Shown in pieces: positions 35,834 through 47,650 of a stretch of 64,000 nucleotides of DNA. Each line of letters opens with the position of its first letter. The first letter of the stretch is position 1. The position numbers were made by a program, and so were the translations under genes. The stretch lies in assembly GCA_964106645.2 (NCBI GenBank), contig OZ067041.1. One strand, written 5' to 3'. This stretch comes from Podarcis pityusensis. Lineage: Eukaryota. The notes beneath the pieces were generated by a model. That model was not told where the DNA came from. It worked only from the letters and a program-made list of their open reading frames with translations, and searched no databases.

Positions 35834-38800
35834 CTAGGGTCCTAGCAGTATCAGTGTCGGTGGAGGCACAAGCACACCCCACCCACTGACCTTACTGTTC
35901 CACTTAAATCAGTAGAGAAATATGTAGATGTCCACAAAAGGGACCCTGTTGTATATACTCCTCGGTATATGATATAAAACTAGCCAAAAGACAGAGAGAC
36001 AGAAGCAATCCCCGAAGGGTAATTTTCCATCAAACTAGAACAGCATTGACTATGACCCAGGTGTTCCGAAGGGTCGCTGCGAAAAATATTCTAGCGGGTG
36101 TGATTTTATGGTGTGAGTTTCTGGCACAGAGCCTGTGTGGAGCCATGATTTCTAAGAGAGTCAGAGATTGAACACATAACTGGGTCAATTCAGTGCTGAG
36201 ATTCCCGCACACCCACCCTGGGGATTGTGCCGGTCAGACTGCGGCTGCATCAGGGGAGTGTCACGTTTTTTAACGTTCCACCACCATGCAAGCAATCCAT
36301 GCACGTATAAAGTACATCCAGAGGGCTAGGCTAGAAACCTTCAGCACAACATGCTAGTTATGTGCATGCAAGTTTTGCTAACATGGAGCGTGGGAGCTGG
36401 AGGCCAGGAGCTTACCTGTCTGCACACCTGCACGTCACTGCTGAGAGGAGCCTTGCAGATGTCTAAATCAGCAGCAGGCACCATCAGACTATGGGCTACC
36501 AGAAAGCTTCAGGAGCAAAGTTGGAATAGAGACCGGCGTCAGCCTTCGAAGAGGCACTGAATGCACCTGCAATGCTGTGGCTTGCTTCATGAGAAGCAGC
36601 GAGGGAGGAGGGAGGAGCAGATGCAGTCAGAAGAGGCCTGTCCGAGGTCCTCGCCTCACAGTAGACAGCCCATCCCAAAAGCCTTTGCCTCATTGTGGTG
36701 CAGAGCAGCCGGCCATCACCTAGGCTTTGGTGCTAAAGTGTTTCATGTGCTTGCTGACTTAATATAGAATTCAACAGTAAAATCTCTTTCAAGGTTATGG
36801 GGGGCAGGAAACAGTTTGGTTAATCTGCCACCTGGAGACTGTAATCTATAATGATTTTGCTGTATGGTGGCATGTATGCACGGTGACATTTCAGATAGAT
36901 AAAGGATGGTGTCTCTAGACCAAACAAGCTTGGGTCCTGCTATCAGATCAGTGTGGACAGTCTCAGAGGCCCCTTGAGGTCTGACCGATATCTAATGGAT
37001 TCTGCGCTGATAGGCAGCAGAAGCGGAGCCTATGTTATCTCTATATCAGAGATTAAACGGGCGCTCATACAGCTGATTGGCTCAGCAAAACCCAGCACCT
37101 TTTCTATGCTTTTAGTCATCAGAGAAGGGTTGAAAAAGGAATTAGTAACACAATCTCTCAGTAGTAGGTATTTAAATTGATTTCCTGTCAACACAAAGGT
37201 TTCTCCCAAGTTCAGCAAATGAGCACAAGACCTCTGCTAGCGTGTAGTGCTAGGGCCTTTGTACACAATCCCTGCAGATGTTCCACAAGCACATTTTTGT
37301 CTGATCTGTCTCATGCCAAGGTAACATTCTGTGACAAACCTCCCTATAGCAAAGGGGAGGCAGATGCAAATCAAGACAGGGTACAGATCTGTGTACAAAT
37401 CAAGACAGGGTACAAAGCAACACAGATCTGTGCTAAGGAATTTGTCAGCGATGGATGTTTGTGTGTGTAGACAGCTATAGGTCACAGGAACTGAAGGGCA
37501 AGCCCAAGTGAAAAGGGAATCAAACATGGTGAAAGAAACTACCTGATACCTCAAACTACCAAGAGAGCCAAGATGGAGGTAGAAGGAGCTGAACATCTGG
37601 ATCTGAGACCACGCAAACCATCTGATCCAGAGGGGCAAGTGCGGTGGAGAACAGGACTAAAGGATCAAGGACAGTAAAGGCCAGGATCCACATGACCCAA
37701 CTGCTTTAACTGAGAGAAGATTCTGACAGGAGGAGGGCAGGAAGCTAAGTGAAAAGAGTCTTTGTAGATAAACCTCAACCATCTCTCCTCCTGTATACAT
37801 GTCTCTTCCAAGGACAAAGTTTCCCTCCACACTTAGGCAAGATAATTGGGAAAGGTGATGACGACGACAACAACAGATAATAATAATAGTAATAAATGAA
37901 TTTGGGGGTCACTCTGAATCATACCCTGCATCCCTTCCAATTTTTGTGAACCTGTGAGGCTTGAATGTAAAGGAGGGCAAGTAGTCCTTTTGTCAGGGTA
38001 ATGGCATTGGCTGCTCAGACATCTGCATCTACAGAAAATGAGCGCATGGCTGGGCCTTTCCCCCTCACTCCTCTCACCTGGCTGTTAGGTAGAAGGACAA
38101 TAGCGAGAGTTTTAGCATATGCATGTGAGCTGGAAGTGGCATACTGGACTCTGGAGAGTGTGACCTATCGTTCTCTGTGCTGAATCTAAGCTGGCTTCTC
38201 TTGCAGTCTAAAGAAGCAAGATCTATTGGAGTGTTGATGATGTGAGCCCCGACATCCTGTGCTCTGGTTGTATATATGTGTGTAAACAAAACCATATATC
38301 CCAACTACACCACAGTCTCCTCTAACCTTCATTCCAGGGAAAGCGAACCCTGGCTATGTGCCAGGACCCCCGGAGTCTCTTGCCCCTTGGAGACTGGGGT
38401 GACATGCAGCAGTAAGAATATCAAGGGTCTGCAAAGTCTGAGGTGCTGCATGGGGAATCAGAATACAACCTTGCTCATTGCAACCTTGCAGCAAACAGAA
38501 GAAATGGAAAACAGAGGAGGAGGAGAACTAGTCTGGGAAACTTTGCTAAGTTGAAGTTCAAATAAGAGGGGTTTGATGTTTTTGTTTTTTAAGGTAGAAG
38601 GGCTCGATAGATCAGTTATGTTCAAAAAATTCAAAATGGAGACAATGACTGGCTGAATGCTCATCACGACAGCTAAGCACACCTGCTCACCTTTCTAGCA
38701 AAACTGCCTCTCTTTATGGGGTGTGCAGTGTCAAGATATGACATGCATGCAGGAGAGGAGATGAGATGGGGAGAACAATGCCTTGTGGCTGGAAAATAGC

Positions 38801-39292
38801 TCCCACTCAGAAGAATACTTTTTGGCATCACGAGGTAGACAAAAGGAAAGGAACTCTAGCTCATTTTAAAATTGGAAAACAAAGCTATATTATTCCCTCC
38901 ACTTTTTTTTTTAAAGAATCCCCTCCCTTTACTTTCTAACATCCCTCTTTCTTAATGTAAGTAATTAAAAAAGAAAAGAAAAAGTAGGTGCACATAGGGA
39001 AAAGAAAAGGCTTAAGGGCTGATTGCATTTGAATCTAGCATAGGACTCAGAGGTGCATGAATTTATATTGCCAGTTGCAAAGCTGAGCTCACTCTGCAAG
39101 AGAAGAACCTTCTGTTTTCTTTCAAAATACTACAGCCATCTTCAACCTGTTGCATCTTGGCACTTTTGAAGTACTTGAACTGTGGTGAATGCACTGGCTC
39201 CACAGAGCAGAATTTAATAATAATAATAATAAAATTAAAAATAGTATTATTGTTATTATTATGGTTCACAGAGTAGCCAGGGAGTTGCATTA

Positions 39293-39533
39293 AAGGTAAA
39301 GGTAAAGGTAAAGGGACCCCTGACCATTAGGTCCAGTCGTGACCGACTCTGGGGTTGCGGCGCTCATCTCGCTTTATTGGTCGAGGGAGCCGGCGTACAG
39401 CTTCCGGGTCATGTGGCCAGCATGACTAAGTCGCTTCTGGCGAACCAGAGCAGCGCACGGAAATGCTGTTTACCTTCCCGCCAGAGTGGTACCTATTTAT
39501 CTACTTGCACTTTGACATGCTTTCGAACTGCTA
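39293..39533 (-). mobile_element. Sauria SINE, 5'-truncated
   Basis: (AAAGGT)n tail; 30-bp TSD with 2 mismatches. Confidence 0.93.
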
Positions 39534-40403
39534 GGTTCACAGAATAGCCAGGGAGTGGCATTATTTGTTGCTAATTGCTTCACAGAAAATAAAGTGGCCT
39601 GCTTCAGCCATCCCATAAAGCAAACTATGGTTCCTTCCTTACCCCTGCTACCACCAGGAAACAAGCCAAGTAGACAAACCAGGGCTTGCGTTTTTCTCCC
39701 TCTGAAACAAAACCTGAGCAATAAGCCAAGATCAAACCTTGGTTGCTGCTTGTGGTTTGCATGGAGACAAAACTGAGCCGGAAGTTGCCACCTTCACAGC
39801 AGTAATTGAGATCTGATGCAAACTGTTCAGACTACTTTTTCAAAACATCTAGTGACCCCAGATGAGAATGTGCATCAAGAAGTACATCTAAGCAGTTCAT
39901 TAAGGCCTGAATGAGCACTGAAATAATGCATGTTTCCCCCCCTTTAACAACTGGTGTTTTATTAATGTGTGTTGTCTTGCCTTTGTAAGTGACACTGGAA
40001 GTTCTGTTGAAGGGCAGGGCAACATATAAATCTTTTAGATAAATATCCTGCGCATTGGCCACATGCGTGGAAGCCTCTTCCCACACAGGAATGTCATATC
40101 AGGGCAACTATCTAGGGGACAAAAATTGTATTGCCCGATTTCCTGAAATTGTTACCTGAATTTATGCAATAATAACAAGTCTGTAGTACAGCCTGCTAAG
40201 TAGCGATCCAGAATGAAGATCTTCTATTTAACCACACTTAAAGCCTACGATGCTCAAAAATTTATGTGAACAAATGTCTGCGTTGCAGAGTTATCTTCTA
40301 GGGACTCTCCTTTTCCTGGAAAGGAGCAGCAGCAGCTTGATTTCGTTTTTTTCTCAGTCCGGAATAACATGAAATTTCTCATTCGCCACGTTTAGTTTTC
40401 TCT

Positions 40404-41326
40404 CTCTTTTTTTAAAAAAAATATTTATTACTTTTCCAAAAAAATTAAACACTAAAAAAACACACAATACAATACATTAAACTAACAAAAACAATAAAAT
40501 AAAACAATTTCATTATCCCATCTTTCATTCACTTATTTCCACGACCTCCTCACACCTCCCTTTTTGTATTCCACTTCTGTTAATTATTTCAGCAATTCCT
40601 TTCCATCTTCCTCTGTTTTCTATCCTATAATTATCTTAACTCATTCTAACCTTATTTTTTCCTTTAATACTCTATTAATCTATTTATACTTAATTCCTTA
40701 TAACATTTCTACTAAAGCCATGTAACTTCATTCCAACATTTTTCTAACATTCATTGATTTTACAATATTTCTGTAGATAATCTTTAAACTTTTTCCAGTC
40801 TTCTTCCACCGACTCTTCTCCCTGGTCTCGGATTCTGCCAGTCATTTCCGCCAATTCCATATAGTCCATCAACTTAATCCGCCATTCTTCCCGGGTGGGT
40901 AAATCTTGTGTCTTCCAATATTTTGCGATGAGTATCCTTGCTGCTGTTGTTGCATACATAAAGAAAGTTCTATCCTTCTTTGGCACCAATTGGCCGACCA
41001 TGCCCAGGAGAAAGGCCTCTGGTTTCTTCAGGAAGGTATATTTGAATACCTTTTTCATTTCGTTATAGATCATCTCCCAGAATGTCTTAATCCTTGGGCA
41101 TGTCCACCAAAGGTGAAAGAATGTACCTTCAGTCTCGTTACATTTCCAACATTTATTTTCGGGCAAATGGTAAATTTTTGCAAGCTTGACTGGTGTCATG
41201 TACCACCTATAAATCATTTTCATTAAGTTTTCTCTTAGAGCATTACATGCCATAAATTTCATACCTGTGGTCCATAACTGTTCCCAGTCAGCCATCATTA
41301 TGTTATGTCCAACATCTTGTGCCCAT
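40404..41326 (-). mobile_element. L1-clade LINE 3' fragment with open ORF2 C-terminus (40744-41298)
   Basis: CCHC knuckle CWKC..GTFFHLWWTC; 3' UTR; 17-bp TSD CACGTTTAGTTTTCTCT. Confidence 0.93.
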
Positions 41327-42989
41327 CACGTTTAGTTTTCTCTACAGGCTACTTATTGTGTTGATTGAGGCCTAAGAACATAAGAAGAGTCTTCTATCTA
41401 GATCATGTCAATGGCCCATCTAGTCCAGTACCCTGTTCTCCCAATGGCCACCCAAATGCCCACGAGAAACGCTCAAGCAGGATTTACTTCCCCTCATCAT
41501 GATAGGTCAGCCAGCTTGGTGATTACTTGCATTTCTCAAAATGAAACTTCTTAAAAACAAAAACCCCCACTAACAAGTCCCCCTCGCTTTAACAAAGGAA
41601 ATGTAATGTCCAATATTGATAGCAATCTGGATGACAACAACCTGTCAGTAAGAACTATTTTTGGCATAGGAGACAACTCCTAGTTCCTTTCGCCCCCGCC
41701 CCCAACAAAAAATATCTGAGGGGGCTGGGCCCCTCCAAAGTTGATGGGCATTGTCATTCAAATGGTGTGTGCACACGTGATCAATTATGTAGGAGTCGGC
41801 ATACCTGCCCTCCCCCCAAATATTTTATTCAAGTTGGCACCCATGATACTAGGAATCAATTCGAAATTGGGATGCAAGACTACTTAACAGTTTATGAAGA
41901 CCATGGGACTGCCACTAAAAATGGCAGCCAGGTTAAGCATCCCAGCTCCTCCAGGTAACATCCTAGTCAATATATTACTTGTTCCGGTGTCATTTTTCAG
42001 ACTTCCAGTATCATTGGCCACTAGACCCGGGTGGGGGGGATACATCGCCATGTCAGGACATTTTCAAGCCCACCTTTATAGTCAAAGGGAATAGAAAAAA
42101 ATGCATTTTTTTAAAAAAAACACCTCACTAAGATTCTGAGGATGCTGAATTCTGCCCCCAATACAACACGCTTGCAACATATCACTGATCTACAGAGTCA
42201 GCCATCAAGAGCGGATACTATGGGGCCCCTGATCTTCTGCAATGCCTATCAGAAAATGTGCCTGGGAGTGGGAGGTTGTGGCTCCCAGAGGAAACAGTGA
42301 CACTGAGACTGCCTCTCTTGGAGGATAAGTTTATGGGGGCTGGGTGATCTGAGCCAGACCTCACAGGACTTCTGGCACACTGCAAGATTTCTGGGCAGGA
42401 TTCTTGGGAATGAGGCAACTGTATACTGCAATGGTTCCACTGGAAGTACAGCAGCGGTAGTTAAGATTATTTAATACCTGTGAAAATACAGCTCTCCTGT
42501 TGATGTCGTAACATTTTGTATTTGCTTTGTAAGTAAGAAGTTACACCCTGAACTTTGTACGGTTCAGCATTAAAGCCCTATTTTATCCTGCGAGGGATAG
42601 GCATGCATGGTATATTTTTGTATCATTGCTGCTTTCCCTTCCCTTGGTTTGTTAACCTCCCTTTCTTTAGTCTTGCCAAAAATGGAGTTGAAAGCCGGAG
42701 ACACAAACAGCTGCCGATGTAACAAGCTCGTGCCAAAAGCAGCCATATGGAAGTGAATTACAAGAAACAGCGTGAAAAGATACCCTTTTTTGCTTTTGAG
42801 ATGTTGAGATGCAAACCTCTGCAGGCTTGCCTGGGGATCTGCAGTAGTGGGGGTTCCTGGCTGGGCCCCAGGGGCGGATGGGAGCAGGGGGTGGCTGTTG
42901 CAAAGTTTTTCATGCTTTCTGCGTGCTGATTCCAGGCCATATGTTGGGGACACGTCCCATCAGCGTGAGTTCATTGGCTCCCTCCCTGG

Positions 42990-43320
42990 TTTATTTTATT
43001 TATTTATTTCAGCAATGTATACATGCCACTTAATACCATAGTCTCTAAGGGGTCGTACAGTAGGGTTACAAAAGATACAATGAAATCAGCTGAAATGAAC
43101 CTTTACATTGAGAAAACTTGCTTGAAATACCTGCGGAAACAGCAAGCACTGAAAGTTCAACAGGGAGGCCAGACTGATCTCAGCTGGGAGGGAGCACCAC
43201 TGAATTGAGCCCACAAAACCGATGGCTCCTGGTGGATACAAGCTGGGTACCCAAGCCATGGACAACTTCCCTGAAGACCTTGGTAATATAAGGGCAGGGA
43301 TATAAGGTGATGTTTCTTCA
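42990..43320 (-). mobile_element. Old L2-like 3' fragment; a similar piece at ~44600-45000
   Basis: (TTTA)n tail and decayed L2 3' motifs. Confidence 0.5.
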
Positions 43321-46300
43321 AATGCCAAGGGTGCTTCTTTTACCAAATGTTTATGTCTTTTACTTATGTCGTTTTTACTGAGTACCCCATGAATATGGTG
43401 GCTTTTCTGCCACTCGTAAGGGCAGCATATTTCTCTGCCAAAAGTGTGTCTATACACTGGTGTCAAAGGGAGGCTTCCCTTTACTATTTATGCTTCTAGA
43501 TCAGTCATGGTCTTCTGTTATCGCCTGCTCTCTGCCTCCTTCAAACTGGAGGTGCCAGGGGTTGGACCCAGGTTCTTCTGAATGCAAGCATGTGCTCCGC
43601 TTCTGAGCTATGTGCCCTCCAAAGCTCAGGAGGCCTTCTGATGGCATCTCCTGGAAAACAAGGGGATACCAACCAGCCCAGAGTTTGCTAAGCTGCCACT
43701 AATCACTTTCTCTCCGAAAGCACAGGCAACAATTCTCCAAATGATTTACATAACTGAGCTGGCGCCTCTGGAATTCCAGAACTCCAGGCAGTTACCTGAT
43801 TTGCCTCTATGGTTGGGACGGCCCTGGGGCTTTCACAGTATTTTGTACAACAGGAACAAAAGCACACTCCCCCCAAATCATATTTTAATAGATGCACCCT
43901 TTCATTTCCCCATTTTGGCCAGCTTCTGATTTTGCCACTGTGAGAAGGAAAATACTTGATAGCTGCTGTTTGGAACAAACAAGAATACTGTCTGTGGGTC
44001 TTTTCTAAGTCAATGCAAACAGCCCTTTGCTTATGAGAGCTGCTGGATCCTGCAGATGAGCTCCAGTGGTTTCTGGGGTGCAAGGCGATATTCGTGGCAT
44101 CGTGCCATGTACACAGCCTGCATTTGGTCAGGGACCAATTCAGTGTGCAACTCCGTTTAAAGCACTGGCTGCGGCCTGCATTTTCAGGAATCGCTTAACA
44201 GCTGGAGTTGACCAGAACGCAGCTGCTCTCTGGCTACACCCCATTTACTCCCCACATCATCATCAAGGGCTGTGAAGGGAGGAGGCGCATGCCAATGCCT
44301 GACCACCCAGGGATCATATTCTTTCCACACTCTGGAGCCAGGCAGCTTTGTACATATTTTGCAATGCTAGAGGAATGAAAGTGGGCCACACAAAGGTCAG
44401 AGACTGGGCTAAAGCTGGTGTATAAACTGGTGTTATGCCCCATGTGTGAGGTTCATGGGCAGTTGCCTCTCCAGGCACCAGCCTATCCCAGTACTTCTTA
44501 GCTTCAATAGGGTTGCTTTCTCATGTGCCATTTTAAACCAAGTACAGCCAGGCCACAAGGCTTAAATTTCAGTAGAACCACAAGAAAACATCTCAGTAGA
44601 TTTCAAATGCTCATTCGTTTTTGGCTTTCATACACCATCCAATCAACCAAGCCTTTCAGTGGTTCACCAATTTAAAAAGTGAACTTAAAAACTATCAAAA
44701 AATAAAAACAAAAAATCAATATTTTAAAAACCCTTCTACCAGCACAAAAGCTCCATGTAAAATCAGCTTAAAACCATCATGAAGCAGCATAAGATCGATA
44801 AAAAGGGAAAGCAAAATAGTTCTCTGATTCCACTGGCTTTATTAAAAGGCCCAGAAGAATAAAGAAGATTTTCTCTACAAAATCCAAAGGATCCAAATGT
44901 AGGCTACAGATGAGTCTTTCTAGGGAGAGCATTCCACAACCAGGGAGCTACCACTGAGAAGGCTCTCTTCCTAGGAACCCCCAGCCTTGCCTCTTTAGGC
45001 TTAATATATTGCTTCATTATTTTAAAATATATTAAGACAACAATCCAACAAAACAGAAATACACTTCACCCTTCTGCCCTGGGTGCAGCCAGTATGCCTA
45101 TTCACATTGCAGATGGCACCATTTCACCCTCTATTGCCTGCTTTTTAACTGCAGACTGCCTAGTATCCAGCAAAGTCAGTTACTTCATCATTTTTCTGAG
45201 TGTCCTAGGATAGCTTTGCCAGCTGAATCGATTACCAGATCATCTCACTCCGCAATCGGCAAAACTTTTAAACCACCACCTACAGAACAGTTTTCTTCTT
45301 TCACGTCTCATCTTTCTGTATATATATTTAGCTTTCCTTTAATAAAAAAATGGAAGTATACTAGTCACTTTCGTTCTTACCCTCCAACCCCCCCCCCCAA
45401 GCTTTGCATTGTTTTTATGGATATTTTATTATGTAATGTGATCTTGTAAATGCTCTGGAGCTTCCTTCTTGGTGGGTGAAGCCGTAAGTTTAATAAAGGA
45501 ACTTAACTTTTGGAGTGCTGAGAGTAAGTTACCTCCCTTCAGAGGATCCAGAGGACCCCACTTCCTGTGGGATCATAGCTCACTAGGAAAGGCACAACCT
45601 GAAGAAGGGACCCTGCCCCCCCCCGACATCTGCAGCCAGGCAGCCTCCCCATGGAGACAGCTGACCCCACAGGCCTTCCTGGGGCAGATGTGAACGGGCA
45701 GAGTTTGGGGCTGGGCCCAGAAGGCAGGGCTGGACTGACATTTTGGCACATGAGAACCACAAAATCGCACCTCCCAGGGAAGAAGGGGCAAATGAAGTTC
45801 TACATCAGGTACAAGAGGGAAATAAATATCAACCTTGGGAACAAGGGCGGGAGAAGACCAGCGATGCCTCCTGCTTCCCAAGAGCCTGTTGCAGAAGCAG
45901 CATGGGGTGGAAGCATAGCTGTCAACTTTCCCCTTTTCTTGAGAGGAATCCTGTTCGGAATAAGGGAATTTCCCTTAAAAAAAAGTTAAACGTTGAGAGC
46001 TACGGGCGGAAGGGATGGCCGATGCAGTCGACAAGCAGCATGCCACGGCTGCCATTGTGGCTGTGGCAGCAAGGAATGCATTGCTTGGAGACTGGACCTG
46101 CTGCCCCCGTGGAATCTGCTGCTTGAGGCAGTTGCCCCACATTGCCGCATGGCAAAGCCCCCTCACCCTTTTGCAGCCCTTCAGGTCGGCAACACATGGA
46201 GGGGCTGCACCGAAGAAGGCTGGCGATGCCGAGGAGCACTCTGGAGCCCGGGGAGAGTCACTCGCACCCGGGGCCTGCCCCCAAGGCACTTTGGCAGACC

Positions 46301-46369
46301 CTCAAACGGCGCCCCCCTCCCACCAGAAAAAAATGGGCTGAGGGCAGATCAAGGCAGGGAATGAAAATA

Positions 46370-46612
46370 CAGCGGTACCTCGGGTTAAGTACTTAATTCG
46401 TTCCGGAGGTCCGTTCTTAACCTGAAACTGTTCTTAACCTGAAGCACCACTTTGGCTAATGGGGCCTCCTGCTGGTGCCGTGCCGCCGGAGCACGATTTC
46501 TGTTCTCATCCTGAAGCAAAGTTCTTAACCTGAAGCACTATTTCTGGGTTAGCGGAGTCTGTAACCTGAGGTGTATGTAGCCTGAAGCGTATGTAACCCG
46601 AGGTACCAACTG
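46370..46612. mobile_element. Tigger/pogo-like MITE, family A copy 6, at the CpG island edge
   Basis: Same TIRs and body, TA TSD. Confidence 0.9.
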
Positions 46613-46619
46613 TAGACAT

Positions 46620-47650
46620 GGGGTCTACCGTCCCAGGCGATTCTGCCGCCTGAGGCACTTGCCTCGGCGCAGTCCTTTGCTTAGGTCGGCTCCTCTCGCA
46701 CCCAACGCCGAGGAAAGCGGCGTGACCCACTGGCGAGGGTGGCGGATACCTCGGCTGCCCTTCCCCCGCTTGCAGAGAAGGGCCGCTCGCCCCTTGGCGG
46801 AGGCTGCTTGGGGCCTCCGCTCCCCTCGCGGCCTGCGGCTCCAGCCAGCCGGCCGTCCGTCCAGTGCCCTCCTCGGCGCTGCCCCTCCGCCCACCCCCGG
46901 CTCCCCTCTCCTCCGCCGCCGCCCTTCGCATGCAACCGGGAGGCCGAGGCTGGGCGGAGAAGCCGGGCGTTTCCCCCGCAGCCTCCTCGAGTGGGCGTTT
47001 CCCTGGCACCCACCCACCCCTGCCCGGGCACCGGGGACCCAGGCAGATGCCGCCGCCCACGCGCCCCTCCTCCTCCCTCTCCGCCCATTGATGGTTGGGG
47101 GGGGCTCTGCCCTCCCCAGGCAGTAAAGCCATTCCTCCGGGGCGGGAGCCGTCGCATGCAACCCAAGCCGCGCTTGCATTGCATTCTTCCCCCACCCGAC
47201 CCCACCCCGCCACCTTTTGGGTGGAGCAAGGGAGGGAGGCAGGCCGGGGGGCGGGGGGGCTTTTGTTTGGGTTTGTGGTGCCTCCTCCCCGCCCAGCCCC
47301 ACCGCCGCCCTCCTCCTCCTCTTCCTCCTCCTCCTCCGCCCACCCCCACCTTGAGGGCAAGGAGAGAGGGAGAGAAGCCGCCTCTGCCGCATCGCATCTC
47401 TCCTCTCTCTTTCTCCCCCCCCCCCACCGCTTTCTCTCCCCTCCCATCGGCCCACCCTCACCGGGGCCCCAATGCAATCCGATGCGTCCCCGGTAAGGTT
47501 CCGCTGCTGCGCCGCTACATTGTGCCCGCTCTTGTTTCGGGAGCCTCCACCCACCGGCCCACCCTACATTTAGCACATCATGTGATCCGGGTAAGTCATT
47601 TGCAAGTACAACAGTTCTCTGTGTTGGCCCCCCCTCCCCTCCCTTTCCAT
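46620..47650 (+). promoter_or_regulatory. CpG island and probable promoter with first exon(s) of an unidentified gene
   Basis: Very high GC and CpG density, several GC boxes (CCGCCC/GGGCGG), ATTG/CCAAT-like sites, splice donors CCG|GTAAGG (47492) and CGG|GTAAGT (47590), G-rich sequence downstream. Confidence 0.8.
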
